Source: Planctomycetota bacterium
GTDB taxonomy: Bacteria > Planctomycetota > Planctomycetia > Pirellulales > UBA1268
Direction of reading: 5' to 3'
Length of the DNA stretch: 64,000 nucleotides
Assembly (NCBI GenBank): GCA_003669585.1
Contig: QWOQ01000005.1
Coordinates: 266,502-330,501 of the forward strand
Part shown: piece by piece, positions 26,445 through 36,484 of the stretch
How positions within the stretch are numbered: the stretch's first letter is position 1
Layout of the letters: the number at the start of each line of letters is the position of its first letter
The notes under the pieces: model-generated
The model's database searches: none
Seen by the model: the letters and a program-made list of their open reading frames with translations, nothing else
What the model was told of the DNA's origin: nothing
Program-made: the position numbers and the translations under genes

Positions 26445-28679
26445 ATGGCACGCTTTTATGCATACAAGCGACTTCTGATCGTTGGTTTGGCGATGGTTTT
26501 TACGCTTTTCACAAGCCACATCTTGCTGCGAGGCAGCGACACCGACCAAGTGAGTTTTATCAACGACGTGGTTCCAGTGCTTACAAAAGCTGGCTGCAAT
26601 ACAGGTGCCTGCCATGCCAAGGCCGTCACGGGACAAAATGGCTTTCAGCTATCATTGTTTGGCTTTCAGCCGGATGAGGATTACGAGCATCTCACCAAAG
26701 AGGCTCGTGGCCGACGCCTTTCACTCGCTTCACCGGAAAAAAGTCTTTTGCTTTTGAAGGCTTCTGCCGACGTGCCGCACGGTGGCGGCCTGCGACTTAA
26801 ATCCGATTCACAGGGGTACGAACTTGTACGTCGTTGGATTGAACAGGGGGCAGGCTACACGCGCGAGGCCGAATTACAGATCGTCGCGTTTGAAGTTCAA
26901 CCGCAACAGAGTACTGCTGCCATGGGGAGCCAAAAGCAACTCAAGGCCTTGGCCCACTATTCAGATGCCAGTATTCGCGATGTCACCAGCCTCGCGGTGT
27001 ATGAATCCAATGACAAAGCCCGAGTTATCGTCGACGAACAGGGAGCGGTCACCATTTCTGATATTCCAGGTCGAGCAGCGATCATGGTGCGCTATCAAGC
27101 ACATGTCGCGGTTTCAAACTTTGCTATTCCGCTCAGCGAGGCAGCGATCGTCGTACCGCAACCCAAAACATTTGTCGATCGTTTCGTTTTTGAAAATCTT
27201 CAGGAGATTGGTGTAGCTCCATCTCCTGAATGTGACGATGCAACATTTCTTCGCCGGGCATCACTCGACATCACAGGCTGCATGCCATCTGTTGAACAGG
27301 CAAAAGAGTTTCTCTCCAATACAAATACTGACAAGCGAGATCGGTACATCGATTCGCTCCTACAAAGCTCCGAGTATGCGGATTACTTTGCCAACAAATG
27401 GACTGCGCTTCTCAAAAATCGTCGAGACGATGCGAGCGACATTGTCTCTAATTTTGCTTTTCATGCTTGGGTTCGCGATAGTCTTCTTGCCAACAAACGA
27501 TACGACCAACTCGTCCGCGAGTTGCTCGGTGCAACTGGCACCGTTATCGGAAATCCTCCTGTCGCGTGGTACAAGCGTGTCAAAGAACCGAAGGAGCAAC
27601 TCGAGGATGTTGCGCAGTTGTTTCTTGGGGTGCGTATGCAGTGTGCGCAGTGCCATCACCATCCCTTTGAACGCTGGAGTCAGGACGATTATTACGCGTT
27701 GTCTGCCTTTTTTAGCCAGGTCGGACGAAAACCTTCTGCAACACGAGGCGAGGATCTTATTTTTCACAAGCGTGGTATCGCAGGAGCACGCAATCCAAAA
27801 ACATCAATTACTCTGAAGCCCGCAGCTCTTGGCGATGCGATGGAAGACATTCCCGCAGACGACGATCCTCGACTGCGTCTTGTCGATTGGATGAGCGATA
27901 CTAAAAACCCTTTTTTTGCCAAAGCGGTTGTCAACCGTTATTGGAAACATTTCCTTGGCCGTGGACTCATCGAGCCCGAGGATGACATTCGTGATACCAA
28001 TCCTCCAACAAATCCGAAATTACTCGCGGCATTGGAAGCTCATTTTATTTCCAGCGGTTTTGATCTAAAGGATCTCGTTCGAACGATTACCCGATCACAG
28101 ACCTATCAGTTTAGTTTTAGAGCCGACGATCGAAATCGTTCGGACACACAAAATTTTTCACGTTTTTATCCCAAACGTCTTCCGGCAGAAGTTCTGCTCG
28201 ATGCCATTGACCAACTCACAGGTGCTACTACCACTTTTAATAATCTACCTGCCGGCACTCGTGCGATCGCTCTCCCTGATAACAGCTACAACAATTCATC
28301 ACCGTTTTTAAAAGTGTTTGGACGACCTGAAAGCGCAAGTGTGTGTGAATGTGAGCGAACTCAATCATCAAGCCTCTCGCAAAGTCTTCACCTGATCAAT
28401 GCGGCAGACATTCGGGCAAAGTTATCGACTCCAAAAGGCCGCGCTGATCGATTTGCTACAGAGAATAGGCCGCCACTGGAAAACACGCGTGAACTTTATA
28501 TTGCCGCTTTTTCTAGAGAGCCAACATCCGCTGAAGTGCTCTTTTCGCAGACCTATCTTGCAGAGCCGAGGACTGACTCTGAAGGAAAGCCCTTGGACGT
28601 TACACGAGCACTTCAGGAGAACTACGAAGATCTTTTGTGGGCGGTCATAAATACGAAGGAATTTCTCTTCAACCACTAG
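26445..28679 (+). CDS. DUF1549/DUF1553 (PSCyt2/PSD1) protein with a Big_2 module and heme-type motifs (cassette B)
   Basis: Carries a signal peptide. A CX4CH motif (GCNTGACHA) and the CXXCH motif QCAQCHHHP are present. DUF1549-like segment: FLRRASLDITGCMPSVEQAKEFL. DUF1553-like segment: VNRYWKHFLGRGLIEPEDDIR. C-terminus: INTKEFLFNH. GAGGTGA lies upstream of the ATG. Confidence 0.9.
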   Translation: MARFYAYKRLLIVGLAMVFTLFTSHILLRGSDTDQVSFINDVVPVLTKAGCNTGACHAKAVTGQNGFQLSLFGFQPDEDYEHLTKEARGRRLSLASPEKSLLLLKASADVPHGGGLRLKSDSQGYELVRRWIEQGAGYTREAELQIVAFEVQPQQSTAAMGSQKQLKALAHYSDASIRDVTSLAVYESNDKARVIVDEQGAVTISDIPGRAAIMVRYQAHVAVSNFAIPLSEAAIVVPQPKTFVDRFVFENLQEIGVAPSPECDDATFLRRASLDITGCMPSVEQAKEFLSNTNTDKRDRYIDSLLQSSEYADYFANKWTALLKNRRDDASDIVSNFAFHAWVRDSLLANKRYDQLVRELLGATGTVIGNPPVAWYKRVKEPKEQLEDVAQLFLGVRMQCAQCHHHPFERWSQDDYYALSAFFSQVGRKPSATRGEDLIFHKRGIAGARNPKTSITLKPAALGDAMEDIPADDDPRLRLVDWMSDTKNPFFAKAVVNRYWKHFLGRGLIEPEDDIRDTNPPTNPKLLAALEAHFISSGFDLKDLVRTITRSQTYQFSFRADDRNRSDTQNFSRFYPKRLPAEVLLDAIDQLTGATTTFNNLPAGTRAIALPDNSYNNSSPFLKVFGRPESASVCECERTQSSSLSQSLHLINAADIRAKLSTPKGRADRFATENRPPLENTRELYIAAFSREPTSAEVLFSQTYLAEPRTDSEGKPLDVTRALQENYEDLLWAVINTKEFLFNH

Positions 28680-28701
28680 TGTTCTTGAATTGAAGGACAG
28701 T

Positions 28702-30966
28702 ATGAAACTTTTTCGGGTTACGATTTCTGCGGTTTTCATTGCGTTCGGAGCCGCTTCTGCGTACGGGCAGTCGGTTTGTCTTCCGTTGCCGCGTTTGTTG
28801 ACAACCATGCCGATGGGTGGCCGAATTGGCACACAGGTAGAAATTGCTGTGACATCAGAGTTCACGGACGATTCCAGCGAAATCCATTTTTCACATTCTG
28901 GATTGACTGCCGTTCCTCGGATTGATGGCACTGGACTGCAAGAGACCGATACATTTCTGGTTACCATCGCAGCGGATGTTCCACCCGGACTCTATGAAGC
29001 AAGGATGATGACGCGGCTTGGTATTTCCTCGTCGCGAATATTTTCCGTTGGCGTGCTTACCGAAGTGGTTCGAAAAAATCCAAATCTATCTCCTGCCACT
29101 GCTATGCCGCTGGAACTGAACAGCGTCTGCAATGCAACAACCACTCCACTTGCAGTTGATTTCTACACATTTGAAGCCCGCAAGGGGCAACGAATCGTCT
29201 GTCAGTGCGCTGCTGGTGGAATTGATTCAAAGCTCAAACCTGTGCTCATACTGGCCGATAGCGCAGGTCGCGAGCTTTTTGTGGAGCGCCGCGGTGGAAT
29301 GCTCGATTTTGTGGCCCCCAGCGACGGAACCTACTCTCTCAAACTGCATGATCTTTTATTTCAGGGTGGTCCCGCGTATTTCTACCGGTTGGTTCTCGAG
29401 GATTTGCTTCCGGAAGTTGTTGCTCAGAAACATCCCTCAACGCTTGCGGTAAACTCGTTTTCATGGCCACCGATGAATCTACCCGCAGATTCTGCAATCA
29501 AGGAGATTGAGCCGAATACACTCCATTCGCAGGCGCAGAAAATTTCACTTCCGTGCGATCTTGCGGGAAATTTTTTCCCTGCTGCTGACGTCGACACGTT
29601 CGAATTTACAGCCATGCAAGGGGATGTCTGGTGGGTGGAAGTGGCATCTGAGCGACTTGGTGTTCCCACCGATCCATCGATTCTGGTTCAGAAAATAACT
29701 GGAGAGGGTGATACCGAACAGCGATCCGATGTTGCTGAATTCTCAGATATTCCCAGTCCTTTGAAGCCTTCGAGCAATGGGTATTCCTACGATGGGCCGC
29801 CCTACGAAGCTGGATCAGCAGATATTCTTGGAAAACTGGAAATAAAGGAGACTGGCACCTATCGCCTGCAGCTGCGCGATCTGTTTGGTGGCACACGAAG
29901 TGATCCTCGTAATATCTATCGCCTGATCATTCGCAAAGCGTCCCCCGACTTTGCGGTCGTGGCCTGGTCGCTCCATATGGAACTGCGAAATGGAGATCGC
30001 AGCGCTCTTTCGAAGCCAATTGCTTTGCGTGGTGGCTCGACAGTAGCCATTGAAGTTGTCGCCATCAGAAGAGATGGGTTTGACGGTGAAATCCAACTGG
30101 TTCTCGATGGTCTTCCCGAGGGAGTCATCGCCAGCGGTCTTACAATTCCAAAGAATATGTCGCGGGGCATCATGCTTGTGACCGCCAAAGAGAATGCTCC
30201 TCGTTCACTTCACAATGCGTCGTTTACTGGACGTGCAACGCTCGACGGCGTGACGTTCTCTCGGCCATGTCGTTTGGCATCGATGGCGTGGCCAGTGAGA
30301 GACGCCTCACAAGAAATCCCAAGTCCTCGCCTGCTTGTCGATGTGCCTGTGTCAGTCAGCGGAGTAGAACTCGCACCGCTGAGTCTTGCTGCAAGTAAGT
30401 CAGACATTGTCGAATGTACGGCAGGAGAAAAACTTACAATTCCTCTTACTCTCACACGCCGTGGTGAGTTTTCTGGAACGATCATGCAACTCAAGACGCT
30501 TGGAAATGGATTTGAACAATCACCCGGCTTTGATGTGCCTCTCACGAGTGACACCTGCCAGGCGGTGATTGATCTTGAACAAATGAAGACCTCTCCCGGC
30601 GATTACACGATCGCCTTTTATGGAACCGCAGTCTCAAAATATCAGTACAACCCTACTTTCGTATCCGCGACTGAAAAAGAGCGAATGAAGGCTCAGGACG
30701 AAGCCACAACGAGAGCAGTCGAGGCAAAAGACCTTATTGAAAAAGCCTCCGCAGCATCGGCCCAAACAAAAGAAATCGCGCAGAAGGCTGCGGAATCGGC
30801 CGTGGCGCGGGAAAAACTGGCCTCTGCCGCTCTTGCCAAGGCAGTTCAACGAGCAAAAAAGGCGTCCGAACAGGCTCAGCCGAGTGATATTGCCGATATT
30901 ATTGTGTCGCAGCCCATTGTGATTCGTGTTTTGCCTGCCCTGATAGCTCCTGAGAAAAAACCATGA
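28702..30966 (+). CDS. Exported multidomain protein with two PPC-like domains, Ig-like modules and an Ala/Lys/Glu-rich coiled-coil tail (cassette B)
   Basis: The ATG at 28702 has AAGGA upstream. The TTG at 28690 is less likely. Signal peptide: MKLFRVTISAVFIAFGAASAYGQ. PPC-like segments: AVDFYTFEARKGQRIVCQCAAGGIDSKLKPVLILADSAGREL and DVDTFEFTAMQGDVWWVEV...TGTYRLQLRD. It is colinear with the product of 3679-6063. Confidence 0.7.
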   Translation: MKLFRVTISAVFIAFGAASAYGQSVCLPLPRLLTTMPMGGRIGTQVEIAVTSEFTDDSSEIHFSHSGLTAVPRIDGTGLQETDTFLVTIAADVPPGLYEARMMTRLGISSSRIFSVGVLTEVVRKNPNLSPATAMPLELNSVCNATTTPLAVDFYTFEARKGQRIVCQCAAGGIDSKLKPVLILADSAGRELFVERRGGMLDFVAPSDGTYSLKLHDLLFQGGPAYFYRLVLEDLLPEVVAQKHPSTLAVNSFSWPPMNLPADSAIKEIEPNTLHSQAQKISLPCDLAGNFFPAADVDTFEFTAMQGDVWWVEVASERLGVPTDPSILVQKITGEGDTEQRSDVAEFSDIPSPLKPSSNGYSYDGPPYEAGSADILGKLEIKETGTYRLQLRDLFGGTRSDPRNIYRLIIRKASPDFAVVAWSLHMELRNGDRSALSKPIALRGGSTVAIEVVAIRRDGFDGEIQLVLDGLPEGVIASGLTIPKNMSRGIMLVTAKENAPRSLHNASFTGRATLDGVTFSRPCRLASMAWPVRDASQEIPSPRLLVDVPVSVSGVELAPLSLAASKSDIVECTAGEKLTIPLTLTRRGEFSGTIMQLKTLGNGFEQSPGFDVPLTSDTCQAVIDLEQMKTSPGDYTIAFYGTAVSKYQYNPTFVSATEKERMKAQDEATTRAVEAKDLIEKASAASAQTKEIAQKAAESAVAREKLASAALAKAVQRAKKASEQAQPSDIADIIVSQPIVIRVLPALIAPEKKP

Positions 30967-32405
30967 GCCATGCTAAAAACAAAAAGTCGATCGCTGATTC
31001 TTCTGCCACATGCACTGGCCCTACGCCTCGGCGTGACTTTCTTCGATTCGGGTTGGCTGGCTTCACGAGCTTGAGCCTGCCGGGAATGTTGCGCCTGCGT
31101 GCTGAAAGTCCGCTGGCGACCTCAGAACAGCGCACTGAAAAAACAGCTGTGATTATGGTTTGGCTGCCGGGCGGTTGCTCTCATCTAGACACCTATGATC
31201 CGAAGCCCGATATCGGCAGTGAATATCGTGGTCCATTTGCTTCGATTTCCACAAACGTTCCGGGTGTGCACGTCACCGAACTCCTCCCGCGACAGGCTGC
31301 GATTGCCGACAAGTTCACAATCTTGCGATCGATGCAACAAGGCGCGGGTGGGCATCCTGCTGGTTCCATGCAGATGCTTTCGGGTGATTCTGATTCTAGG
31401 GATAAACCCAAGCCACGCCTTCCAGACTGGATGACCGTGACCAACTACCTGAGATCAAAAGAGGGGCCCAGAACCAATCCACTGCCGATGTACGTCGGAG
31501 TCAATCCTCCCACTGAATACAATGGGCCGGCCTATCTCGGCGATGCCTATCAGCCATTTTCCGTGATGGGAGATCCAAACCTACCAACGTTCTCCGTGCC
31601 GAATATTGGGCTCACAAATCTCGGAGAAATCAAACGACTCGACCGACGAGTCGCGCTACGAAAACAGTTTGACACGCTTGAACGTGCTTTTGACCAGCGT
31701 GCTGAACTTGAAGCGATCGATCAATTCGAAATGCAAGCAATGACGTTATTGACCAATCCGCAGACAAAAATAGCGTTTGAACTTTCTCGCGAAGATGATC
31801 AGACTCGTGATCGTTACGGCCGCAACGCATGGGGGCAACAACTTCTTATGGCGCGCCGATTGGTCGAGTCGGGCGTTGAGGTGGTCACGACGAGTCTTCA
31901 TGGCCCTCTGTGTGGTCGCGTTGGAAACTGGGACGATCACGCCGTAAACCATCATGTGTTTGATGCTTTGCGATTTCGCGCGGGTGCATACGACCAGGCT
32001 GTTTCAGCTCTCATCGAAGATCTCTATGCACGCGGACTCGATAAGCGAGTGCTGCTCGTCGTAACGGGTGAATTTGGTCGCACTCCAAAAATCGAATATT
32101 CACCGAGTACGGGTGCCGGCGACGCCAGCGCACCTGCAGGCACAAAACAACCGGGCCGCGATCATTGGCCCAGAGCCTATTCAAACATCTGGGCTGGAGG
32201 AGGCATTGAGACAGGTCGAATCATTGGTGCGACGGATAAACGCGGCGAGGATGTGAGCGATCGTCGATGCGGTGCGGGTGACTTTCTCGCAACGATCTAC
32301 CATCACTTGGGAATCGATTCTTCAAAGATCACGATCAATGATTTGAACGGTCGGCCAACTCCTCTTGTCGATCATGGCAAGCCGATTGTTGAACTGCTCG
32401 GGTAA
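30963..32405 (+). CDS. DUF1501 family protein with a Tat signal (cassette B)
   Basis: 4-nt ATGA overlap with the upstream gene. Tat motif: PRRDFLRFGLAG. Motifs LPGGCSHLDTYDPKP and GRDHW are present. Confidence 0.9.
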   Translation: MSHAKNKKSIADSSATCTGPTPRRDFLRFGLAGFTSLSLPGMLRLRAESPLATSEQRTEKTAVIMVWLPGGCSHLDTYDPKPDIGSEYRGPFASISTNVPGVHVTELLPRQAAIADKFTILRSMQQGAGGHPAGSMQMLSGDSDSRDKPKPRLPDWMTVTNYLRSKEGPRTNPLPMYVGVNPPTEYNGPAYLGDAYQPFSVMGDPNLPTFSVPNIGLTNLGEIKRLDRRVALRKQFDTLERAFDQRAELEAIDQFEMQAMTLLTNPQTKIAFELSREDDQTRDRYGRNAWGQQLLMARRLVESGVEVVTTSLHGPLCGRVGNWDDHAVNHHVFDALRFRAGAYDQAVSALIEDLYARGLDKRVLLVVTGEFGRTPKIEYSPSTGAGDASAPAGTKQPGRDHWPRAYSNIWAGGGIETGRIIGATDKRGEDVSDRRCGAGDFLATIYHHLGIDSSKITINDLNGRPTPLVDHGKPIVELLG

Positions 32406-32495
32406 GAACTCACTGCTCACAACGGTTTGGCGAGTCCCGCGTATATCCGTTGTCCGCTCCTGACTGTGCCCTCATTACTCTGGTGAATACTTTTT

Positions 32496-33635
32496 TTAAA
32501 GAAGTGCCTCACCGCTCGTATATTTTCGAAGCGCATCCGGATTCAAAACGATCCCAAGTCCTGGTGCGTCGGGTATTTTCAACATTCCATCGGAGTCCAA
32601 CTGCCAACCATCGACCGTAATATCGTCAATGAATGGCGACCCGGCAATATATTCGACAAGATCCGTGTCGGGAAACGCCGACGCAAGATGAAGGTCGGCT
32701 GCGAGTCCGACCGCAGTGTTCCAACCATGTGGAATAAATTTTACACCGTATTCCCTGGCCATCCCGGCAATCGCTCGCTCCTCGCTGATGCCACCTACTT
32801 TCGTGACGTCAGGCTGCACAATATCGAATGCTCGTGCTGTGAGCCACGGAATAAACTCTTGCCTGCGAGTGAAAACCTCGCCGCCGGCAATCGGCACTGG
32901 TGAATGTTCTCGCAACAAAACGTAATCCTGCAACTGATCAGGTTGAAGCGGTTCTTCAAACCAACAGACGTCGTAGTCGGCAAGCATAGTGGCGGTATTG
33001 AGTGCCCACTTGTAGCCGTTTTTCCAGTAGGCATCACTACCACCGGCATCGACCATCAATCGAGCGTCGACCCCAATTGCCTCTCTTGCAGCTCGCACAA
33101 TGGCTTCATCCGTTTTTTTGTCTGAGCGACCAAAAGGACCCCAGCCGATTTTAAACGCGCGAAAGCCTTGTGATTGTACCTGGAGCAACCGATCCCGCAG
33201 ACGGGAGGGTTCGTCCATTAACAACGAAGCATACGGGCATACCCGATCTCGATACCGTCCGCCGAGAAGTCGTCCTACAGGCTGCCCCGTCGCCTGCCCC
33301 AAAATGTCCCACAGGGCAATATCAATGCCACTGATGGTATGCGTCAGTGCGCCGCCACGACCGAGCCAAAATGTATTCTGATGAAGTTTTTCACTGACCC
33401 GCTGTCCTTCAAGCGGGTTTTCTCCGCGATAAAGCGGTTCGAGGACCGCAAGCGATGCCCGCACGAGTGCGTCGTTTGTAAACACGCTTCCGATTCCGGT
33501 GAGTCCTTCATCGGTATGAACCGCAATGAGCGTGTGAACGCAGTCGTCAGGGCGGAGTTCGTTGCTCCATCCACCCTCGGGGGTCGCGCCGCGCAGACCG
33601 GCAGAGCGTATTTCACGAATTTTCATGAGTGTCAC
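32496..33635 (-). CDS. Enolase-superfamily enzyme (mandelate racemase / acid-sugar dehydratase-like)
   Basis: Motifs ISGIDIALWDILG, MVDAGG, WFEEP, IAGGE and DIVQPDVTKVGGISE followed by IPHGWN (Asp/His dyad pattern). The GTG at 33635 overlaps the upstream stop. The ATG at 33626 (MKIREI) is an alternative start. Confidence 0.85.
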   Translation of the reverse strand: MTLMKIREIRSAGLRGATPEGGWSNELRPDDCVHTLIAVHTDEGLTGIGSVFTNDALVRASLAVLEPLYRGENPLEGQRVSEKLHQNTFWLGRGGALTHTISGIDIALWDILGQATGQPVGRLLGGRYRDRVCPYASLLMDEPSRLRDRLLQVQSQGFRAFKIGWGPFGRSDKKTDEAIVRAAREAIGVDARLMVDAGGSDAYWKNGYKWALNTATMLADYDVCWFEEPLQPDQLQDYVLLREHSPVPIAGGEVFTRRQEFIPWLTARAFDIVQPDVTKVGGISEERAIAGMAREYGVKFIPHGWNTAVGLAADLHLASAFPDTDLVEYIAGSPFIDDITVDGWQLDSDGMLKIPDAPGLGIVLNPDALRKYTSGEALL

Positions 33636-35128
33636 GTCCGTTTAAAAAGTGTTGCCGTTGGTGCAAAGAAAACGTTGTCATCAAGAGGAAACATGGGGCG
33701 CGGACATCGCGTGTGCCCGAGTGTTTTTAGGTTGGCGCTCGACGATCCCGGCGCATCGACGTTGAGCATCATAGAACACCACTGGGCATACATGTGAGGC
33801 TGGCAGTGTGGTGACTTTACAACTACTGCATCAAAGTGTTGTGGATTTTGTCCGTGTGCAAAAAAGAAGGATCGATCGTAAAGACTCACTGCGCGACTGC
33901 TGACAACGAATGTTACGTTGCCCGCCTGCAGTACAGCCGTTGGCCCAGCAGCCCATTGTTCTCCAAATGATTCGCTGCGAAATGCTCCGTCTGATAGAAG
34001 CCGCACGCGTGCGGTTACCGGCATCGGCTCGAATCGCCTTTGATCCAGCAAACCACCCAATGTTGTTTCAATTGTGCTTCCTATTCCACAGTCAAAGGCC
34101 ATCTGCACGGCTGCCGGGTCAACAATCGGTACGAGAATTCGACCTCGATATTCATGCTGCAAAAGTGTTTTCACGACTGCGTTGCTATCGCCCGATGCAC
34201 CAGAACTCGTTGCATCGGCAGCGTCGATGATCGCAATTGTGCCTCCTGTGTGTGACTTTACGCAGGCCACCATTTCTGAGAGGCTTTTCAGGTGAACGGT
34301 CATCGCTTCGTGATGGGTCCAGAACGTTTTCGCCAATTGCATTGCTTCACGTTCGGCAGTCGCTGGATCGTTGTCAGTAACGACAAAGCTGTAGGTCTGC
34401 AACGATGGAACATCTGTAAACGGGTTTCCGATAAAAAATCCTGCGGATAGACCAGGCGAACTGTTTTCTATCTCCTTGGCCTGTGCGATGCATTTCCCAA
34501 AAAGTCCGGTTGACGTGATCAGTTCATCCCCCCGAACAAGGGCAGGAATCGCAACACGTGCCGTCACAGGACGAACTTCCTTTGCAATAATTCTGAGTAA
34601 GAGCTTCGCTGCACGCTGACCCGTTTCAAAAAAATCAACGTGTGGGTAGGTATGGTATGCCACAATTGCGTCGCTGTGCTTTACCATCCGCTCGGTAAGA
34701 ATTCCGTGCAGGTCCAGAGACGTCACAATTGGGATCGATTCGCCAAGAATTTCCCGTACCTGGGAGAGCAGCCAGCCCTCCGGGTCGAGTTCGTTCTGTG
34801 CTGCCATCGCGCCATGCATACAGAAGTAGACGCCGTCAACCGGTGGGGCCGCCGCAATCGCAGCAACACACTCTGATGCAATTCGATCCCATCCTGCTGC
34901 GGAAAGCGTGCCACCAGACGTGATAAAACATGCTCCATACGCCGGCACCATCTCCACATCTTGCGTCGCATCAAACACGCTGATCGCACCACCAATTTCG
35001 CCATGCACCGTGCGATGGTAGTCGAGCAGATCGTCTCCCCATCGCACAGAAAAATCATCGTACACACTTTGATGTGGGTTAAACGTCGAGACCTCCTGCA
35101 TACATTGCGCAATAAGAATGCGTGGCAT
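33632..35128 (-). CDS. M81 family metallopeptidase (MlrC-like)
   Basis: The ATG at 35128 has GAGGA 8 nt upstream and gives MPRILIAQCMQEVSTFNP, a typical MlrC N-terminus. The TTG at 35242 is unlikely. Confidence 0.8.
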   Translation of the reverse strand: MPRILIAQCMQEVSTFNPHQSVYDDFSVRWGDDLLDYHRTVHGEIGGAISVFDATQDVEMVPAYGACFITSGGTLSAAGWDRIASECVAAIAAAPPVDGVYFCMHGAMAAQNELDPEGWLLSQVREILGESIPIVTSLDLHGILTERMVKHSDAIVAYHTYPHVDFFETGQRAAKLLLRIIAKEVRPVTARVAIPALVRGDELITSTGLFGKCIAQAKEIENSSPGLSAGFFIGNPFTDVPSLQTYSFVVTDNDPATAEREAMQLAKTFWTHHEAMTVHLKSLSEMVACVKSHTGGTIAIIDAADATSSGASGDSNAVVKTLLQHEYRGRILVPIVDPAAVQMAFDCGIGSTIETTLGGLLDQRRFEPMPVTARVRLLSDGAFRSESFGEQWAAGPTAVLQAGNVTFVVSSRAVSLYDRSFFFAHGQNPQHFDAVVVKSPHCQPHMYAQWCSMMLNVDAPGSSSANLKTLGHTRCPRPMFPLDDNVFFAPTATLFKRT

Positions 35129-35242
35129 GGCAAAGTCCTCTGTGAATACATCGAGCGGAAACGTTTGTGACGCAAATCTTTCGAACAACAAAGAGCGTCT
35201 AGATCGCTCTTTTATCCAATCACACGATGAATGATGGCACAA

Positions 35243-36484
35243 TCATTCTTGAACTTTTGCATGATCTGTATCAAACAGTCTCCCCAAACCAGCCAATAGC
35301 AACAGACCTCCCACGACAAATCCGCACGCCGTAAACCCCATGAGCCGATCGATTCCCAGCGATTGTTTCCAGAGTCCTCCAAAAAGCATTGCAAACCCTG
35401 ACACCATTCCTCCGCAGAGGTTTAGTACTCCAACGGCGCTTGCTCGTGATGAGGTGGGAACGACTTCGAAGGCCGCTGGGAAAATATTCCCCATAAAAAG
35501 TCCGCTCATAAGACCAAAAGCGCCAGCGGCAATGCGCGTCGCCGTTAGAGTATCGCTATTGCCAATCAGATACAGACACGGTGCGCACAAGAGAAGGCTT
35601 CCAACCATCAGCCAGTGCCTCGCGGCTTTGGTGCGTCGGTACAATGCATCTGAGAGAACGCCGCCGCCAAGCAGCCCAACGAGCGTCATTCCTTGCAAAT
35701 AGACTGTTGCATTGAATGCCGCAGTGGATTGATTCAGCAAAAACTTGTCGTGTAAAAACGTTGGTAACCATCCATAAAGAAGCCACAGTCCAAACACGAA
35801 AACAGGAAATACCAGACATAACAGTAAAAATGATGGCACTCGGTAGAGCGATCGACTCGGCGCTCTCGCGTCGAACTGTGATGCGTTGAGCGCGGGGGTC
35901 TCCGAGACACCCTTGAGAAAAAGAAAATAGGGAATTGCATAGACAATTCCAACTGCGCCGAGAGCGAAGAAGGCGATCCGCCACTCGCCTCGATCAGCCA
36001 TCCAACCGCCAAACCAGCTACCGACAACGGTGCCGACGATCTGTGCGGTGGTGAGTGTTGCAATTGCGCGCGAGCGTGCGTGTGCTGGATGGGCGTTGGC
36101 CGTAAGTGCGATCGCCGTCGGCATGAAAAGCGATTCTGATACTCCCATCAACGCCCGCAGCGAGAGAAGCATTGTCGCAGAAGTGGAAAAACCTGTAGCA
36201 ATCGTAACAACGCTCCAAATGATAAGACTCCAGACAACCATCAATCTCTTTGAAAGGCGATCTCCAAGATATCCTGCGAGTGGGCAACCGATCGCATACA
36301 CCCAGAGAAAGACAGCGCCTATGAGTCCAAGTTGTCGATCGCTCATACCCAGATCAGACGTGAGCGAGGGAAACATCGCGAACACCGCTTGGCGATCGCA
36401 GTAGTTCAGGAAATAAGCACACCACATAAACGCCACGAGCAGTCCGGCGCTACGAGTGTCATACTGCTCGGCTTTGTTATTCAC
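35243..36484 (-). CDS. MFS transporter
   Basis: 12 predicted TM helices. An MFS loop-like motif GYLGDRLSKR is present. The GTG start overlaps the upstream stop (GTGA). Confidence 0.9.
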   Translation of the reverse strand: MNNKAEQYDTRSAGLLVAFMWCAYFLNYCDRQAVFAMFPSLTSDLGMSDRQLGLIGAVFLWVYAIGCPLAGYLGDRLSKRLMVVWSLIIWSVVTIATGFSTSATMLLSLRALMGVSESLFMPTAIALTANAHPAHARSRAIATLTTAQIVGTVVGSWFGGWMADRGEWRIAFFALGAVGIVYAIPYFLFLKGVSETPALNASQFDARAPSRSLYRVPSFLLLCLVFPVFVFGLWLLYGWLPTFLHDKFLLNQSTAAFNATVYLQGMTLVGLLGGGVLSDALYRRTKAARHWLMVGSLLLCAPCLYLIGNSDTLTATRIAAGAFGLMSGLFMGNIFPAAFEVVPTSSRASAVGVLNLCGGMVSGFAMLFGGLWKQSLGIDRLMGFTACGFVVGGLLLLAGLGRLFDTDHAKVQE

